Assembly (NCBI GenBank): GCA_965199715.1
Contig: OZ241322.1
Span: 800,001 to 864,000 of the forward strand
Source of the DNA: Vicinamibacteria bacterium
GTDB lineage: Bacteria > Acidobacteriota > Vicinamibacteria > Marinacidobacterales > Marinacidobacteraceae
DNA length: 64,000 bases
Direction of reading: 5' to 3'
Below are positions 59,512 through 64,000 of the stretch, one piece after another; position 1 is the first letter of the stretch; every line of letters starts with the position of its first letter. A model generated the notes under the pieces. The model worked only from the letters and a program-made list of their open reading frames with translations. It ran no database searches and was not told the DNA's origin. The position numbers and the translations under genes were made by a program.

Positions 59512-60338
59512 ATGTCCGATCATCGGATCGCGCCTCACGGCGGCGCCCTCAAGGATCTCGCCGCAGGCGGCGACCGCGCCGCCGCGCTGAAGGCGGAGTC
59601 CCGCGACTGGCCGTCGCTGGACCTCACGCCCCGCCAGTCGGGCGACCTCGAGCCGCTGATCGGCGGCGGCTTCTCGCCGCTCGCCGGCTTCCTCGGCTGC
59701 GCCAGCGCCTCGCGACCGGCCGGGCGATCCCCGAGCGGTTCACCTTCCCCGACGTGGCCGAGGAGCTGCGCCGCCGCCACCCGCCGCGCGAACGGCAGGG
59801 AGTCACGGTCTTCTTCACCGGGCTCTCGGGCTCCGGCATATCGACCACTGCGAACGCGCCGGTCGTGAAGTTCCTCGAGTTCGGCGGGCGGCCGGTCGCG
59901 CTGCTGGACGGCGACCTCGTCCGCAAGAACCTCGCGAGCGAGCTCGGCTTCTCGAAGGAGCACCGGAACATCAACATCCGGCGGATCGGCTGGGTCGCCT
60001 GCGAGATCGCGAAGAACGGCGGCGTCGCCATCTGCGCCCCGATCGCGCCGTACGACGGCGTCCGCAAGGACGTCCGCTCGATGGCGGATCCCGCGGGCGG
60101 CTTCGTGCCGGTCCACGTGGACACGCCGATCGAGGCGTGCGAGCAGCGGGACCGGAAGGGGCCCCATGCCAAGGCGCGGGCCGGCGTCATCGAGGAGTTC
60201 ACCGGAATCCCGGATCCGTACGAGACGCCCGAGGACGCGGAGCTCGGGATCGACACGACCGCGCTCACGCCGGACGAGGCCGCCCAGCGCATCATCCTGT
60301 TCCTCGAGCGGGAGGGGTACGTCGGCGCAGCGGACTGA
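59512..60338 (+). pseudogene. Bifunctional sulfate adenylyltransferase/APS kinase (sat-cysC) with internal deletion
   Basis: Sat N-terminus 'PHGG...GGFSPLAGF' jumps frame near 59700 to 'IPERFTFPDV'; kinase P-loop reads 'GLSGSGIST' (Lys lost). Confidence 0.85.
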
Positions 60339-60360
60339 TCCCCGCCGGGAGCGCCGCTAC

Positions 60361-61476
60361 ATGCGGCGGGCGCTGGAGCTCGCCGCGCTCGGCCGCTTCA
60401 CGGCGTCGCCCAACCCCGCGGTCGGCGCGGTCCTCGTCCGGGACGGCCGGACCATCGGCGAGGCGTACCACGCCCGCGCCGGCGAGCCGCACGCCGAGCG
60501 TCGCGTGCTCCGCGCCGGCGAGGCCGCCCGGGGCGCGGTGCTGTACGTGAACCTCGAGCCGTGCTGTCACGTCGGCCGCACGCCTCCCTGCGTGGAGCGG
60601 ATCGTCGGGTCCGGCGTCCGGCGCGTGGTCGCCGCCCACGAGGATCCGGATCCGCGGGTGTCGGGCGGCGGCTTCGCGTTCCTGCGCGCCCGCGGAGTGG
60701 AGGTCCGCTCCGGCGTGCTGGAGGCCGAGGCGCGCGAGCTGAACCGGGCGTACCTCAAGTTCCTCGCCACCGGGCTGCCGTGGGTCACGGTGAAGGCCGC
60801 GGTCTCGATCGACGGGGCGATGGCCCCGCCGGGGGCTCGCTGGATCACCCGGGCGTCGAGCCGCCGCCACGGACGGGTGCTGCGGCGCGAGCACGAGGCC
60901 ATCCTGACCGGCATCGCGACCGTGCTGGCGGACGATCCCCGGCTCACGCCCCGGCCGCGCCGCGGGGCGGACGGCCTCCTGCGCGTCGTGCTCGACCACG
61001 ACCTGCGCATCCCGGAGACCGCCCGGGTGCTCGACGGACTGGACGAGGATCCGGCGCTGGTGTTCACCGGGGCGCACGTTCCCGACAGCCGGGTCGAACG
61101 CATCACCCGGCTCGGAGCTTCGGTGCGCGCCACGCCGGGCGCGACCGGTTCGCGCCGCGAGCTGGCGCTGGAGCCGGTCCTGCGGGAGCTGGGCCGGCGC
61201 GACGTCCGCTCGGTGCTGGTGGAGGCGGGGCCCCGGGTCACGTCCGCCTTCCTGCACGAGGGACTCGCCGACCGCCTCGTGCTCTACGTCGCGCCCAAGT
61301 TCTTCGGGCGCGGCGAGGGCACCGGGCTCTTCGACGCGACGCGCCGGGCGGGCGCGCCGGCGACGCGCCGGCTTCCGGTGTCGCAGCCGAACGGCGTCCC
61401 GCGCTACGCCCGGCTCGGACCGGACCTGCTCGCGGATTTCCGGCTGTCGAGCGAGAACGCCGCCACCGTCTCGTAG
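60361..61476 (+). CDS. ribD: Riboflavin biosynthesis deaminase/reductase
   Basis: 'SPNPAVG', 'HAE', 'LEPCCH.GRTPPC', 'DDPRLT', 'VEAG'. Confidence 0.95.
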   Translation: MRRALELAALGRFTASPNPAVGAVLVRDGRTIGEAYHARAGEPHAERRVLRAGEAARGAVLYVNLEPCCHVGRTPPCVERIVGSGVRRVVAAHEDPDPRVSGGGFAFLRARGVEVRSGVLEAEARELNRAYLKFLATGLPWVTVKAAVSIDGAMAPPGARWITRASSRRHGRVLRREHEAILTGIATVLADDPRLTPRPRRGADGLLRVVLDHDLRIPETARVLDGLDEDPALVFTGAHVPDSRVERITRLGASVRATPGATGSRRELALEPVLRELGRRDVRSVLVEAGPRVTSAFLHEGLADRLVLYVAPKFFGRGEGTGLFDATRRAGAPATRRLPVSQPNGVPRYARLGPDLLADFRLSSENAATVS

Positions 61477-61946
61477 CGCGCTCCTTCCGCGCGGAGCTCG
61501 CTCCGAAGAAGCTCCAGCCGGTCGATCGGCTGCGTTCCGGCGGGAATCGGAAGCGCGTGGGCCGGCGGCGGACGGCGGAAGCGGGCCACGGTGACGTGCG
61601 GGCGAAACGGGCGCGCCCGTGGCGGGACTCCGACCGCCTCGGTCGCCCGGCGCAGCGCCCGCAGGAGCGAACGCGCCCGGTCGTCGCCGTCCAGCTCGGC
61701 GAAGACGCCGCGGGCGAAGCGGGCGAAGCCGACGACCCGCAGTTCCGGCGGGATTCCCGGCGGGGGCAGCGCGGCGGCGAGCGCGTCGCGCACGGGCTCG
61801 ATCTCGACGGTTCCGAAGAAGCGCACCGTGACGTGGAGGTTCGCTTCGGGAACCGGCCGGGCGCCCGGAACGAGCCGGCCCGCGCGAGCCAGCGCGGCGC
61901 GCAAGGGGCCGGCCAGCGGGATCGCCGCGAAGAGACGCGCCCTCAC
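61404..61946 (-). CDS. thpR: RNA 2',3'-cyclic phosphodiesterase
   Basis: 'RLFAAI', two HxT motifs ('LHVT', 'PHVT'). Confidence 0.9.
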   Translation of the reverse strand: MRARLFAAIPLAGPLRAALARAGRLVPGARPVPEANLHVTVRFFGTVEIEPVRDALAAALPPPGIPPELRVVGFARFARGVFAELDGDDRARSLLRALRRATEAVGVPPRARPFRPHVTVARFRRPPPAHALPIPAGTQPIDRLELLRSELRAEGARYETVAAFSLDSRKSASRSGPSRA

Positions 61947-63139
61947 TCGAGGGTCCGGCGGACCAGATCGAGCGCCCGGGTGGCGGTCAACTGGCGCACC
62001 AGCTCGCGTCCGCCGGGGAGACGATGGCGGACCGCCGTCGTCTCGGCGCCGGCGAGCGCGATCCAGACCGTGCCCACGGGCTTCCCCGGCGTCGCCCCCG
62101 TCGGGCCGGCGATTCCGGTCACCGCGAGCCCGAGCGCGCGGCCGCCGGCGCGTTGGCGGACGCCCTCGGCCATCGCCCGCGCGGTTTCCTCGCTCACGGC
62201 GCCGAACGACGCGAGCGTGGCTTCGGGCACGCCGAGGAGATCCCGCTTGGCGCTGTCGGCGTATGCGACCACGCCCAGGTCGAACCAGCCCGACGCCCCG
62301 GGAACCGAGGTCAGCCGGTCGCCGATCAAGCCGCCGGTGAGCGACTCCGCCACCGCGAGCCGGAGGCCCCGCTCCCGCAGCATCCGGCCCACCCGCGCCT
62401 CGAGCGAGTCGCCCGGCTTCCGGCTGAACAGCGCGGGGCCGGCCCGCTCCGCGATCTGGTCGGCGAGTCGATCGGCGCCGCGACCGGCGACCCGCAGCTC
62501 CAGGACTCCCCTGGACGCGAGGATCGAGAGCGACAGCGGGCCGTCCGGAAGCGGGGTCAGGTCCGCGATCCGTTCCTCGAGCACGGACTCCGGCATGCCG
62601 GCCAGCAGCAGCGTCGCCTCGGCGGGCGCCTGGCCCCGGGGAAGCCGGGGCGCGACCTCGGCGTCGAACATGGCCTCCAGTTCCCGGGGCGGCCCGGGGA
62701 GGAGCACGAGCCTTCCCGCGGCGAGCGCCCCGGGCGCAGTTCCGGCCGAATTCGGAAGCGCCGTCGCGCCCTCGGGGACGTACGCCTGCCGTAGGTTCAC
62801 TTCAACCGAGCCGTACCGGCGCCGGCGGAGCCGCTCGGCGGCGGCTTCGTCCAGAACGAGCGGAACCCCGAGCGCCCCGGCCGCCGCCGCCCGGGTCCGG
62901 TCGTCGCTCGTCGGGCCGAGGCCGCCCGCGACGAAGACCCAGTCGGCCCTCCCGAGCGCGAGCCGGATCGCCTCGACGAGAGTCTCCTCGTCGTCGGGGA
63001 GGACCGCGCTGAAGACGACCGGGATCCCGAGGCTCGCGAGCCGCCCGGTCAGGAGCGGGGTGTTGCGGTCGCGGCGTCCGGGCCGAAAGAGCTCGGTCCC
63101 GACCGCGAGGATCGCCGCGACGGGGCCGTCAGCGGGCAA
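61943..63139 (-). CDS. cinA: CinA (MoCF-like + NMN deamidase)
   Basis: 'VGTEL', 'GGLGPTSDD', 'GTAPG', 'AESLTGG', 'TGIAGP'; TTG start uncertain. Confidence 0.92.
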   Translation of the reverse strand: MPADGPVAAILAVGTELFRPGRRDRNTPLLTGRLASLGIPVVFSAVLPDDEETLVEAIRLALGRADWVFVAGGLGPTSDDRTRAAAAGALGVPLVLDEAAAERLRRRRYGSVEVNLRQAYVPEGATALPNSAGTAPGALAAGRLVLLPGPPRELEAMFDAEVAPRLPRGQAPAEATLLLAGMPESVLEERIADLTPLPDGPLSLSILASRGVLELRVAGRGADRLADQIAERAGPALFSRKPGDSLEARVGRMLRERGLRLAVAESLTGGLIGDRLTSVPGASGWFDLGVVAYADSAKRDLLGVPEATLASFGAVSEETARAMAEGVRQRAGGRALGLAVTGIAGPTGATPGKPVGTVWIALAGAETTAVRHRLPGGRELVRQLTATRALDLVRRTLE

Positions 63140-63875
63140 GGAAGACGAACAGGAACGCCCGCACCGCAAGCCCGGCGGCGAGATCGTCCGCCATGATCCC
63201 CGATCCGCCGGGGAGCCGCTCCAGCCACCGGATCGGCGGCGGCTTCGCGATGTCCAGCACCCGGAACGCGACGAACGCGCCGGCGGCGACGACGAGGTCC
63301 GGCGCGGCGAGGACGAGGGCCAGCCACATCCCGCAGAACTCGTCCACGACGACTTCGTTCGGGTCCTCGCGCCCGACCGCGCAGGCGTAGGCCTGGGACG
63401 CCCGCCAGCCGGCCGCGGTCGCCACGCCCAGCAGGCCCAACTGCCACGCGGCGGGGAGACCCATCGTGAGCGCGAACGCGCCGAGGCCGACGAGCGCGCC
63501 CGCCGTGCCGGGCGCGAACGGAATCCTTCCTACCCCGCCGCACGTCGCGATGAGGGCCGCGAGGCGCGGCGGAAGGACTTCGTCCGGCTCCGGCGCCGGC
63601 TCGTCCCGGGGCTCCAGCTCGACGCGCTCCGGCTCCTCGCTCTCCGGTTCGGGGGGCGGCTGTTCGCGGATCTCCTCGCGCCGCATCTCCGCGTCGCGCA
63701 GTCGGGCCTCGATTCGGTCGCGGACCGTCTCCGATTCGGCGGACTCGACCTCGGGGGCTGCGCTCTCGGGTTCCGCCGGAGCGCCGGTCCGCTCCCGCGC
63801 CCGGCGGCGGACCTCCTCGCTCCAGTGCTTCGGATCCCGGCGGCCGCTCGTGTCGGACGGGTCTCCGAGTGGCAT
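63129..63875 (-). CDS. pgpA: Phosphatidylglycerophosphatase A with acidic N-terminal extension
   Basis: 'APGT', 'DPNEVVVDE', 'FRVLDIAKP', 'IMADD'. Confidence 0.88.
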   Translation of the reverse strand: MPLGDPSDTSGRRDPKHWSEEVRRRARERTGAPAEPESAAPEVESAESETVRDRIEARLRDAEMRREEIREQPPPEPESEEPERVELEPRDEPAPEPDEVLPPRLAALIATCGGVGRIPFAPGTAGALVGLGAFALTMGLPAAWQLGLLGVATAAGWRASQAYACAVGREDPNEVVVDEFCGMWLALVLAAPDLVVAAGAFVAFRVLDIAKPPPIRWLERLPGGSGIMADDLAAGLAVRAFLFVFLAR

Positions 63876-63903
63876 GTTGGCGCTGCGTATTATCGCCCGT
63901 GCG

Positions 63904-64000
63904 ATGCTCGAGGCGGTCCCGAACGTGAGCGAGGGACGCGATCCGGAAGTCATCCGCCGCCTCGCCGAAGCGACGGAGCCGCTGCTCGCCGACCTGCACT
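63904..64000 (+). CDS. Glutamate formiminotransferase, 5' fragment
   Basis: 'MLEAVPNVSEGRDPEVI' matches the FTCD N-terminal 'VPNFSEGR' motif. Confidence 0.7.
   Translation, partial: MLEAVPNVSEGRDPEVIRRLAEATEPLLADLH

Overview
High-GC bacterial chromosome segment. The gene repertoire (Oar-like TonB receptor, VPS10/BNR propeller proteins, CocE/NonD hydrolases, PD40-amidohydrolase) suggests Acidobacteriota or a similar lineage, but this is inference. Housekeeping blocks are present: yceD-rpmF-fabD-fabG-acpP-fabF-M20-mutY-leuS-lptE-holA, ribE-ribBA-efp-epmA, pgpA-cinA-thpR and ribD. These are mixed with Na+-linked transport genes and accessory or defence material: an intact Type ISP restriction-modification gene with a compositionally foreign specificity region, an orphan DNA methyltransferase, and arsR plus an arsI-like gene. 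Many genes have collapsed by internal deletion or frameshift: a three-gene DUF262/AAA defence operon reduced to about 650 bp, two P450s, sat-cysC, a second djlA and a ClpP-like protease. The best candidate for an undescribed system is a NYN/PIN RNase gene (31653-32429, minus strand) preceded by two 64-bp direct repeats. Each repeat folds into a double hairpin, and a sigma70-like promoter points straight into the proximal copy, a layout resembling an RNA-antitoxin (type III TA-like) module. No rRNA, tRNA, CRISPR array or transposase was recognised. All family calls come from motif recognition by eye, with no database searches.
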